The notes under the pieces were generated by a model. The model searched no databases, was not told the origin of the DNA, and was given only the letters and a program-made list of their open reading frames with translations. A stretch of DNA of 64,000 nt from Bugula neritina (Eukaryota > Animalia > Bryozoa). The position numbers and the translations under genes were made by a program. The DNA lies in NCBI GenBank assembly GCA_964035545.1, contig OZ037773.1:1269751-1333750 (forward strand), read 5' to 3'. Positions 38,201 through 49,345 of this stretch are shown here, piece after piece (the first letter of the stretch is position 1; each line of letters starts with the position of its first letter).

Positions 38201-40013
38201 CTAAAAATAGTTTTTATTATTTTGCAGATATCAAACTGGTGCGCAGTTTTAATGGCATCATTTAGACTTCTGGCAATCACATTTCCACTGAAAGCCGTGA
38301 CGTATGCCAGCCCTGCGAGAGTTAACTTCTGCATCGTTCTTATCTATTTCCTTGGATTAGTCATTCAAATTCCGAGCTGGCTTCTATATCGGTAAGAATA
38401 CAACTTATCACCAATAATGGGTGCCATTTTCCACATGAGATGTTTATCATTTTAACCCTAGTTAAGACATATCACTTTCATTTGTGTTTATGTTTTCTAT
38501 AGAGCAGCATATTGGGATATCTGTAGGTTTAATGAGCATGGAGGTATTGAGATAAATGAACACTTCCTTCCATATGTTCCCATAACAGCAGTGTGCAACG
38601 GAGTGCTGCCAATCACAGTGTGTGCCCTGCTGACTGCTCTGCTCCTCATACAACTCAGCAGAAACCAAACAGAAATCAGGAAGTCGCTGAGGAGGTGATT
38701 TCAGTCAGAATTTTTTTGTAAATAATTAACCTATTTTAAAAGTGTCTATAATAGCAATGCATTACATACATTATTCATGGTTTCAAATACAGTGATGATA
38801 AATTAATTTAAAGAAAGGGTTTGGGTTTATTTCTTTATTATAGCAGCTATTTTGAAAAAATTGATGTATAATGAAAATAAGATAATCTTACCATTTTCAT
38901 TTGATAAAATAGTAATAATTATTATAAAAGAAAAACTTCACAATCAATTGAAAATTTTAAATAATTCTTTCTACTACTCCATGAATTCTTAGTATGCTCG
39001 ATAAATTATGTTATTTGTAGAGAGCAGTTAGCAGAGAGGTTGAGGGAGCAAAGACAAATGACTGTCACACTGTTAATGGTTGTTCTCTTCTTTCTGCTTA
39101 CCAGCGCTCCAACTGTAAGTCATGTGACACTGTCACAGTAGTTAATAGTACCCTAGCTATGTCATGTGACACTGTCACAGTAGTTAATAGTACCCTAGCT
39201 ATGTCATGTGACACTGTCACAGTAGTTAATAGTACCCTAGCTACGTCATGTGACACTGTGACAGTAGTTAATAGTACCCTAGCTATGTCATGTGACAATG
39301 TCACAGTAGTTAATAGTACCCTAGCTATGTCATGTGACACTGTGACAGTAGTTAATAGTACCCTAGCTATGTCATGTGACACTGTCACAGTAGTAAATAG
39401 TACCCTAGCTACATATTTCATGTGACACAAGTCACTCTTAACACTAATAGAAAGTATGGTATTACTTATGTATACACAGTATTGCAATACACAGCATTAC
39501 CTACAATAATATATTGCAATACATACAGAATTAAATTGACATAGCCTCTTTTACTTCATATAAACTAAATTTATATGTACTTGACAATCGTCAAGCCATC
39601 TGGCTGTCAGAGACGCAATAGAGAATAATTACTAATAACTTACACTTTCATACGTTCAGAGCAGCTATAATGCTGTCAGATTCTAAGCTGATCAATTTCC
39701 ATTGAATACTCTTTGTCTCTGGTTGCAGACTATATATTGGTTAATGGATAGATCTCTTTACTTTGACAAGAATGACATCAGCCGATATCATCAGAACATT
39801 TTCTACCTTGTCGCCTCTGCGTTTATGGCGATCAACTATACCGGAAACTTCTTCATATACATTCTGGCCAACGCCACCTTCAGGAAAGATATTGCCTCTG
39901 TTTTCTCTAGATTCTGCAACCGGCAGCACCAGAGACTCTCTACAAAGTCGACAGCGAGGATGTCGTCTGGAGGCACCAGTTCAGATCAGAACACGAACAA
40001 CACGGTTGTGTAA
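29229..40013 (+). CDS. Orphan rhodopsin-class GPCR (FMRFamide-receptor-like / Srw-like), 8 coding exons
   Basis: Exons 29229-29262, 29909-30022, 35780-35877, 37611-37766, 38228-38391, 38503-38694, 39021-39114, 39729-40013 join in frame. TM1 GFIGVFANILNII, TM2 MACSDL, TM3 SNWCAVLMASFRLLAITFPLKA, TM5 GVLP, TM6 MTVTLLMVVLFFLLTSAP, TM7 INYTGNFFIY, helix 8 FRKD. The first exon is the least certain. Confidence 0.85.
30400..30790 (-). mobile_element. Possible decayed Crypton/DUF3504-type tyrosine-recombinase element fragment
   Basis: ORF 30729-30472 (IPADMLELYIKKFLL...LKGDELGLQRIGK) loosely resembles the N-terminal region of DUF3504 proteins. Recognised from memory only. Confidence 0.3.
32235..32796. 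mobile_element. Non-autonomous DNA transposon with 22-bp TIRs (CACAG...CTGTG)
   Basis: cacaggatagttaagggcaacc versus reverse complement of the right end cacaggatagttaagggcatcc (21/22). No clear TSD. Confidence 0.75.
32935..33345. repeat. Intronic minisatellite (about 48-bp unit, ccagagtagctataagtatgtaat...)
   Basis: Direct reading. Confidence 0.9.
35007..35087 (-). mobile_element. 3' fragment of the SINE family, reverse orientation
   Basis: tcacgcaagtttatagtc.ccatccctgt...ttaaatcgggcta..aggact is the reverse complement of the SINE 3' end. Confidence 0.75.
37357..37565 (+). mobile_element. tRNA-derived SINE copy
   Basis: Same head (gggagcagc...ggttagaacgtttgctt...gggtttgaaccc), body and tail as the 12014 copy. 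Confidence 0.85.
39118..39428. repeat. 42-bp minisatellite (about 7 copies) starting at the GPCR intron 7 donor
   Basis: Unit gtcatgtgacactgtcacagtagttaatagtaccctagctat. Confidence 0.92.
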
Positions 40014-40347
40014 TCTGACTAACGAAGTAGAATGCAGAGTAGATACTGCAGAGTAATATAATGCTAACATACGTAGATTAACACTGTATTATAAAAATTA
40101 TGATATTATAATAATATATAGGTTGTATAGGTATTTTGTATAAAGAGAAAAAACCAGTATTCAACATAATCAACATAATATATTCATATTGTAAATAATG
40201 AGCTATATGCCATGCAAGTCATTTACTTATTACAGGATTTATACTGAAAATCCTTTATTATGGTAATTTGGGCATAGTTATTATTTTTATACTCTTGTTT
40301 TGCACTCAGAACCAAATGTTACAGATTTAAAGATAAACATGTAGATA

Positions 40348-40532
40348 GGGAGTAGCTGTGGTCTAGGGGTTAGAGCCCTGACAAAGACCATTGGTGATGT
40401 TAGGAAAAGCATCCAGTCATAGTTGCTCTTGTGTCTCATTTAAATAAGTCCTTAGTCCGATTTAACAAAAACCCCTTCCATTAGGAGTTTTTCACAGGGA
40501 TAGCGACTATAAACTTGCGTGAGTGAGTTTTT
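40348..40532 (+). mobile_element. tRNA-derived SINE copy with internal deletion of the B-box region
   Basis: Family match; flanked by direct repeat atgtagat (40339-40346 / 40533-40540). Confidence 0.85.
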
Positions 40533-41821
40533 ATGTAGATTGGAGTATGGTTAACGACTCCCCCTACAAATGAAAACTATGCTTCTAGGTTTCTGGTATA
40601 TATTTCCTGACAACTAGAAGACAAGCAAAGTTAGCAATACCTTAGCAGTTACAGAATTATTTATCAGGAACAAATGTACTCAAATATTTCGAAAGTAGAA
40701 AGTATCTGATGGAGATACTGTACAAAATAATACTATATTTGCAAAGCTCACCATAAATCTATGATGTTCTGTATGTTGTCTTGATAAGATATTATAATGT
40801 TGAAGTGTTGTGGGATTGAAGAGAATAATGAACAAATAATCATAAGATCCCCCTATACAAATAGAACATTTGTCTAATTCTTACTTTCGTATTTGCAAGT
40901 ATTGTAGTCTTTCCACCAATGCTGGGAGATGATATGGGAATGGTAAAGTTATCGTGCTGGTATTATTATATTAATATTTTGTGTCTTATCTGCTTGCCCA
41001 GGTATGTGTTTTACTCACTGCCTTGCTGCCTATTTCATTATAAGCAGATAATTAGCTTTTCATTTAGAAGTTTTTAAAATCAGACACTAAAATATGTCCA
41101 ACAGGAAGTAACTCTATTTTTCAAAACTGTATGTAAAAAAGTTACATCATGAAAAGATAACTCCAAGTTAAAAGAATATTGTTTACAATGAAACTGTGAA
41201 TTTTTAGGTTATTGATTTAACTCACCAAATATGTTGTCATGGCCTTCATGCCAACTTTAGGGTTACGGTATTGATGCTGTGCCACTTGGATAGGCTTTGA
41301 GGTAACTCCAGCTCCTGTCTTAATCTTTAGGAAGAGTTGGGGTATCCGTCTGGTAATACTCTCCAGCAGAAGATCCTAGGCCAGCACGCCTCAATACATT
41401 CTTACATATTAGGTTTCTCCACTCATCCACAATCCCTCTGCACAGGTAATTACACAAGCTCCGTCTGTTCACACGCTCTGTATCTACAGTTTCTTTTTAT
41501 ACTCCTTAATTAATTATTCCTACATGCAGTTTTTATGCAGGCCACACCTACACTCTACTTACTACAACCAGATTTACTTAAATAGAGTTGTGCTCTCTAT
41601 GCATATAATAGCAAGGAAAGATAACTAACCAAGTTGAACATACAACAAGCTGGCCAGTGGCAGTTTATTTGGTACCAAAACAAGTACTGTCTCCTATACT
41701 AATTGATATTTTGTCTGTTACAACAGAATATTCAGCAAAATGTTAATCTTTTTAAAATTGATTTTATTGAGAAATTCCACAGTTATAGAAACAATATCTA
41801 ATAATAAATAGTAAAAGCACA

Positions 41822-44800
41822 TTAGGCGGGGTTTTTAGAAGATGGTAAATTATAATCTAGTTTTCTAAGAGCAGTAAACTGTTTTACAGTTTCGTCCGTA
41901 ACCAATTTCCTCCTTTCTCTGTGACCTTGGACTAGAGGCTGCAACAATTCTATCAATTCTTTCTTTAGATATCCTGTTAATAACTCACCACTCTCGTAGG
42001 TCTAAAACAACCCCATGTTAAATTGATAACACATTGAATACATTCATATTTTAAACAAAATTTAGTCAAAAACTCAATGAATTATGTTCTACATTACATT
42101 ACCATCCACTCATTTATGATAACTTTATCAAATGTGAAGCGAATATGAAAGCTATGTCTCAAGTTAGAGCATCTTTTATTCTTGAATGACACAAGTTGTT
42201 TCAAATAATGCAGGTTGGGATGAATTATTATGTTAGTCTCCTGGGCCAAGCTCACTCACTCACTCACTCACTCACTCACTCACTCACTCACTCACTCACT
42301 CACTCACTCACTCACTCACTCACTAACTAACTAGCTTACAAACTAGCTCACCCGTCTTATTTCAGCCAGCCTATCATCATCTTCCATGAGGAAGGACAAA
42401 TACTGATATGAAATGTCTATGTCACAGTTGCCTCCATTAGCTTTATGTTCTTCAATAGTGGCCCCGCCGCCAGAGAAAGCATATTTGTTGATCTGAAACA
42501 AAGAATCAAAATATGGAGGAAGATATCCCAGTTCATACTCCAACCTAGCAACACAAATATTCCTGTCAGAAGCATTATATAACAGGCATGTTAACACTTT
42601 AAAAATATTGGTTCAACAACACATGAAATCTTCACCTACATATGATGCTTCTAGTAATAGTGATATATTGAACAACTATTTGCTTGAATTAGCCTTTTCA
42701 ATATAACTGAACATTGAAAACCGAGCATCATTAGGTGAGGATCATATTCAAGTTTAATGTTTCATTATGATTTTCTGTGTTAAGAAAAATAACTGTAGTA
42801 CATATAAATCTAATCGTAGTATTTTTTACAGAATTAAGCAAACCAGCTTCTAAAAACCTAAAAATTCAGTTGATATCATTAGCAAGTCAGGCGTTGGTTA
42901 TTTACTAACCAGAGTGAAGAGATCTAGCAAAGTGTGAGGAGCTATACAGAAGCATTAATACTACGCTAATACTGCATCTATATTACAGACGTCATGCTAC
43001 AGAAGTAAATTTCGAGCCCTTAACAGTTAAGTACAGCAAGAACTTAATTCCGGACAAACCTTCGTTTTAATCTGTTTATCTGTGTCTGTGAGATTGATGG
43101 ATGAGTTGACGTCACTGGCTGACATCTTAGTCTGAGCTCCTTGCAGGGCGGGAAAGAACTTTGAGTGAAGAAGGGCAGGTTTCCTACAACCCAACCTTGG
43201 AGCCACGTCTCTAGTCATCCTAAAGTATGGATCCTGCAGAAGAAATCATCAAATAAATACCTTTCAGTAACGTAACTTATTCTGTACACAAGTTTGTAGC
43301 CCCTCCCCATCACATGTGTAGCCCCTCCCCCATCACATGTGTAGCCCCTCCCCCATCACATGTGTAGCCCTCCCCCACCACATGTGTAGTCCCTCCCCCA
43401 TCACATGTACAGCCCCTCCCCCATCACATGTACAGCCCCTCCCCCATCACATGTACAGCCTTCTCTCCCCACCACATGTGTAGCCCCTCTCCATCACATG
43501 TGTAGCCCCTCCCCCATCACATGTGTAGCCTCTCCCCCATCACATGTACAGCCTCCTCTCCCCACTTACAAGTGCAAGCTACCTACAGTCATGTTTGCAG
43601 TACATAGCAAATATATAGTATACCATCATGTATTCGAGCACCATTAAACATACTAGGAATTGTCTCTTCTAGATCAGATCGATTAACACTTGAATAAATT
43701 AAACACATGTTTCACTCAACCCATTGGAAAAGGCGCCCAACATTTATATTATAATTGTTAGATTCAATGCAAACCTAGAGTGGTGATGTGAGACTATTAA
43801 GTGCAGATAAGCAAGCTAACGAAAGGGTTACAACTTCACCACATTACCTGGTCAATTGCACACGGTATGAGGCACTGGATGTCTTCCTTCGACCCGAATA
43901 TGTGAGGAAAAGAGTTGCTGAATGACGGAGCCGCTTGGATGGCAGGGAAGCTGATCTTACCAATGCAAGAATGATCGTCAAATCCGAATATCCCCTTCGC
44001 CTGGTTAAAGGTGACGCACTTTTCTATTCTCAACATATTCATGTAGAATTCTGGCACAGAGCTGCAACACAGGTATAGATTACAGCAACGAGGACACATG
44101 CACTCTCTCACACAATATTAACTGAACTGAATCAACAAACTCACCTGATGTACTCGATGTCGGTAAATATGAACGTTTTCTTCACGTCGAAGCCGATGGC
44201 TATGATGTCTTTGATGTTCTCATTGGCCAGCCGCCGGCACTCCTCCACTTTGAGGTCTTTCCAGAGGAACTTCTCGTCGTCAGTGAGTTGAATGACTAGA
44301 GGCACGTCAAACACTTCCTGTAGCCACCTGTGACAGAGGTCAATGTTGTATCAACTTATACAATGTCTGCAGATTGTTCATGTAGTAACATTAGTGGCAA
44401 CATCACCGTAGTATGAACATCTACATGCCTTGCAAAAAAATTAAAATAATTAGTCAACGGAGAAGTTTTTGAAAATAAAACCATGATGGAAATTTATTCT
44501 TATTACAACGCAATCAAACTGTGTTCACATGACTTATGACTCACTAATGACTCACTCAACTCTCCTCACGACTCACCAACGACTTACTTAGTAAACAAGA
44601 AAGGTATGAGATGACCAAGGTGCATAGCCTCTGAGGATGGACCTCGTCCTGTGTACAAGTAGAATGGCTTCCCCTTCTCATGCAGAGTAAGAATATGGTC
44701 AAAGTCTCTAACAAATATATACTGAATATATACTATGTGAATAAATCAAATATACTATACTATACATACACTGCTATATGCTAGCTATGCTATACCTGTG

Positions 44801-47016
44801 AGAGAAGAATATGCTATGCTATACCTGTGAGAGAAGAATATGCTATGCTATACCTGTGAGAGAAAAATATGCTATGCTATACCTGTGAGAGAAGAATATG
44901 CTATACCTGTGAGAGAAGAATATGCTATACCTGTGAGAGAAGAATATGCCTCTCTTAAGAAGGTGATGAGCCTTATGCCCGGTCACTTTCTCAAATCTCT
45001 CTATCAACTGCTCGTCAATACTGGAGCTTCCAAATCGCTCTGCAAGCAGATACGGTAACTTCAACAGTAAATACAGCAACCTTAACAGCAGATACATCAA
45101 CTTTGACAGCAAATACAGCAACTTTGACAGCAATAAAACATGTTCATCACAGTTGGGATGAATTTTGAGACTTTACTGTTTTATGGAAAAGACTTTGCAT
45201 CATAGTTGACGGATATCAGTCATAGGGGAAATACTCACCAATCAGTTTAGAGTAATTTATGCCAGTAGATGACGCTGTCGATACTGTCCAAGGATCAACA
45301 TGGTCAGTGACAGTTCCGTCATCTAAAAAATGAGAAAATAATTTACAAAAAAAATTTATGAAGCATCAAGTTTAATTAACAGTTGATAAAACAATTTTTT
45401 CTATTATTTATTTAATTCATTTATCAATGATTATAATAGTAATAGACCGGAGCAGTGGCAATTAATTACTAAAAAATGAAAACAATATCTTAGTATTTGT
45501 TGCATGGAGAATTTTAAAAAAATTGCATTGAAATGTCCAACCAAAACCTCCAAATCAACACAAAGTCACCACAAATTTTCTATTAATACAATCACTTAAA
45601 CCAAACAATAACTTTTTTAAATTTAGAATTCACCTTTAAGAAAACTAAATGTATTTGTAATTGTTTTATTATATCTTTCATTGATTTAGGATTTACTGCA
45701 ATAAATGTCAGTCAAGAATTGCTCCTACCATTTTTTAATAGTTTTAGTGACTCTATTTTTTATTATCTAGTACAAACATTCCACTATTCTATAAAGAGTA
45801 ATAAGAAGACAGTTTTGTCAGACACAAATCTTGCCTAAGACTAATAGCTTACAGTGGCCTAGCTATTCGTGTCGTATAAAATTAAAATTAGAGTAATAGT
45901 GGCCTTTTAATTTATCACAAACGTCTAATTATAAACTCAACTTTTGTCTTAGCTGAGATTTCTGAGGCCCTTAAACTTACAATGATTATTTAATTATTAT
46001 TTATTCTTTTATTATTTATTTATCATCACTTCGCGATAATCATTAATTATGATTACCAGAAAGAGTTTTGACTTCTAGTTCCATATTTATAATTTTAATA
46101 ATACAATATGAATATTATTATTACAGAGTTAATTTTAAAATTGTTGCAATAAGAAATTATCCTGTTTACAATACAATAATAACTATTATTCTCATAATTA
46201 TAAGAACATATATAATGTTATTAGTATTATGAGTATTAGTATTATATAAACTAAATTATGCTATCAACTTTGAAATAAAAATAACAGTTGAAAAATTCCA
46301 TGTCATTGCCAAAAGATATAACAATAATAGTGAGTATGATACTAATAGTCATACTAATCACAATACTCCGATTCATCCATAGCCTATTTGTAGTCAGTAT
46401 TGCGGTATTAGTAAAACTAAATGTAATACTGATAGTAATAATGATAGCGCCTAGGCCCTAGGGCTAGTCCTAATGGCAACCACTATCAGAATCACAATAA
46501 TATTGAATAATCATAATATAAATATTAATTTATAATTAAAATTTAAATTAACTACATTTCAATTTACTTTAATTCAATTCATGACTGAACAAAAACTTCA
46601 AGATAATTAATTTTACATTTACTCAATGAAAAAATGAAATATCTTAAAGTTAATAGTTATTATACACATACTTAGTTACTATTAGTATTAGTATAGTTAT
46701 TAGTTATTACTATTACTATTAGAATAGTATTACTATTAGCTCTAGCCATTAGTATTACTATAGTATAACTATAAGTATAACTATAGGTCTATAGCTGTGG
46801 CTTAAAATGAAAATTAAATTATATATTACCTTGGGTCTGACCCTGTCCATTGGCTTTATCTGTTGAGCCATCCACAGTGACATTCAGCTTCACGTTGACA
46901 TCTGTCTCACTCTCAATCTGAGTCTCCTCTGACTTTGAGTTTGTTTTCAAGTCCAAGTTTGCATCGACTGATGACACTGGATTCAAAGGATTGCTAGAAG
47001 CATCTGCATCACCCAT
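41822..47016 (-). CDS. WARS1: Tryptophan--tRNA ligase, cytoplasmic, 9 coding exons
   Basis: Exons 47016-46830, 45322-45239, 45039-44931, 44707-44588, 44327-44145, 44061-43848, 43233-43060, 42492-42352, 42001-41822. Motifs [28 protein letters not shown] (HIGH), [26 protein letters not shown] (KMSKS), KYAFSGG. Confidence 0.96.
42250..42325. repeat. (CTCA)n microsatellite
   Basis: Direct reading. Confidence 0.95.
43295..43566. repeat. About 23-bp C-rich minisatellite (tgtagcccctcccccatcacatg)n; G-rich on the WARS1 sense strand
   Basis: Direct reading. Confidence 0.9.
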
Positions 47017-47099
47017 AATTTTAAATTTACGTATGTGCAATGCATTAAATAAACAATTAGCATAAATTAATCATTCGTTGATTGTAATTATTACAAATT

Positions 47100-47280
47100 G
47101 AAATGCCTATGCTTCGAGTTCGCCTTACAAAATCCCGAAATGTCAATGATGAATGAATGATGAAAGTGAAATAAACCGGAAATGCATAGTTGGTGAAATT
47201 GTGAAAACAAATAAAGTGGAATGATTGATAACAACACGTGCGAATGGCCAGTTTTCAATAATGATTAAATTATGGTTATT
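47100..47280. promoter_or_regulatory. Candidate bidirectional promoter for WARS1 and Dicer
   Basis: Lies just upstream of the WARS1 ATG (47016) and contains ETS-like CCGGAAAT (about 47176) and E-box CACGTG. The Dicer ATG exon begins with a splice acceptor (49331-49332), implying an upstream non-coding exon. Confidence 0.4.
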
Positions 47281-47879
47281 GTTTTTTAATGATTAAATAA
47301 TACATAGCACATATTACTTTTCAGTAACTGTAAATGTAACACTCAGTAACTGTAAGCGTAGGTCAGTATGAGTAAGTTACCATTGTAACTAAAGCGGAAA
47401 CTCAAACTGCGTTACTCATAGTGCCATACTCAGACCAAAACCAAACCAAAATCTATAAACAAAATTTAAAGAACTTAGGCTAGCTCAATTTCTCCACTAC
47501 GTCTACTCCTACTGCACTTAAATGCTCATAGTCATAGTCATACTATGTCTGACAGTGATGGTGATACTGATAGTCAAAGTGATAGTCATAGTCATACTGT
47601 GTTGGTTTTAGTTTAAGCTCTAGTTTACATTTACAGCTACTAACATAGTCATAGCGGCTTATGCTTTTCGTCTTACTGTTAGTTTTTCGGTTTTGAGTTT
47701 TACTTTACTCTCAGAGTAACTCTGAAAACTAAAATTAAGACATAAAAATTAAAATTGCTATTTCAGTATTTGCAATAGCCTTAGACAGTTACTGTTAGTA
47801 TTACTATTAGTTTTAGTATTAGTATTACTATATTAGTATATAAGTATAAAACTGCTAAGCCTACACTACTACCTTAAAC

Positions 47880-49045
47880 TACTGAAGAAGGTAATTGAGC
47901 AGAGAATTAAAAATTTAGTCACAATCAAGCAAAACCAGTAGGATTTCAAAAGAGAAAAATAACTACAAGGCCCATATTCCAGTTCTGCCTCAGAATTCTT
48001 CAGGAGAAGTACAGAGAGTATGACAAATCGCTTTATATGGTGTTGTGGACCATGAAAAAGCCTATGATACCATACGACTACGTTGCGAGTTGATATAGTT
48101 CTGCTAACAAAAGCGAATAGTTCCAGTGCAGTACATTCACTACATTGACATGTATGAAGACTGTGGCATAAGTGTCAGGATGGACTCCAGGCTGCAAGAC
48201 AAGATTCGCATTGATGTTGAATTACCCCAGGAATCGGCACTAAGCCCGCTGTTATTCATTACAAGAATGGGTGTTATAAGAGAAAACTGGTCCTTTGCCG
48301 TTGTGATCGGGAGAGACAAAAGAAGCACTTTAAGATCTGGAGAAAGAAGATAGTGACAGCTGGATTGAAGATAAGCTAAAAGAAACCGCATTTGGCAACA
48401 GTTGAAGACCAAGAAAACATCAGGGTGAAGAAGTATGATAGTCAAAAAGCCGAAAGCCTAACTAAATGTTCTTAGTTCAAGTACTTGGGCACAACAATCC
48501 ACTAAGATGGAGTTTGCCACAAGGGGATTGAGCTGAAAATATCCCAGGCTGGGAATAAGTGGAGAGAGCGAACTGGTGTGCTCTGTGACAAGAAAATTTC
48601 TACTAAATTGAAAGTGCTGATTTATATAACAGCTATCAAACAGCCTTGCTATATGAAAATGAGACATGGCCATCACAGGACTTCTGGCTGATCAGATGTC
48701 ATCCTGATGTCATGGATGTCAGAGACCGGCAGTAATGCCAGAGGCCTGAATAATGCCAATCAAAGATCTGATGAGGGGAAAAAGCATGCAGTGGTATGAG
48801 CATGCTAGATGGAGAGAAAGTGAGGATGACATCTGGAGAGTGACAAAGATGGCAGTTGAAGGAGTGCAACCTAGGGGTAGACCAAAACAAAGATGGTGCG
48901 GTACAATAAACTCTTACCTTAGATTGCTTGATCTAGATGGTTCAGATGCAAAAAATTGAGTGCGATTGAGGAGTTTGGTAGAACTTGGAATCAAGCAAAA
49001 ACCAGCCACCTGTTCAGGACCACAGCAGTGAAAGTTGACTAAGAT
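47880..49045 (+). mobile_element. Decayed RTE-clade LINE (reverse transcriptase 3' portion)
   Basis: Frameshifted remnants LRILQEKYREYDKSLYMV..EKAYD, PQESALSPLLF, WYEH..RE and RGRPKQRW, typical of RTE RT C-terminal regions; many stops. Confidence 0.85.
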
Positions 49046-49345
49046 GACCGTAACTATAAGTAGCCTATAACTATTTGTATTACTATTATTATTATTATTA
49101 ATATTGTAAGGACGCTGATAGTAGTACTAGATATCATATCATGTAAGAATTTCGCTTCGGTTTAACTAATATAATGTATTGTAGTCACATGCAGGTGCTT
49201 AATAATTATACGAAATTATTTGAATGTATATATATATGTTTTCTGTAATAACCATGATATAATTACTGATCCGAAATGGTTTATGCCTTTCATCTTATAG
49301 TCTATATTGTATTGAGGTATTTTTGTTTGTAGACTAAAATTTCTA

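Noticed and set aside
39098-39487. Repeat-protein ORFs (SCDTVTVVNSTLAM)n, or a CRISPR-like array
   Set aside because: Head-to-tail 42-bp minisatellite without unique spacers, inside a eukaryotic intron.
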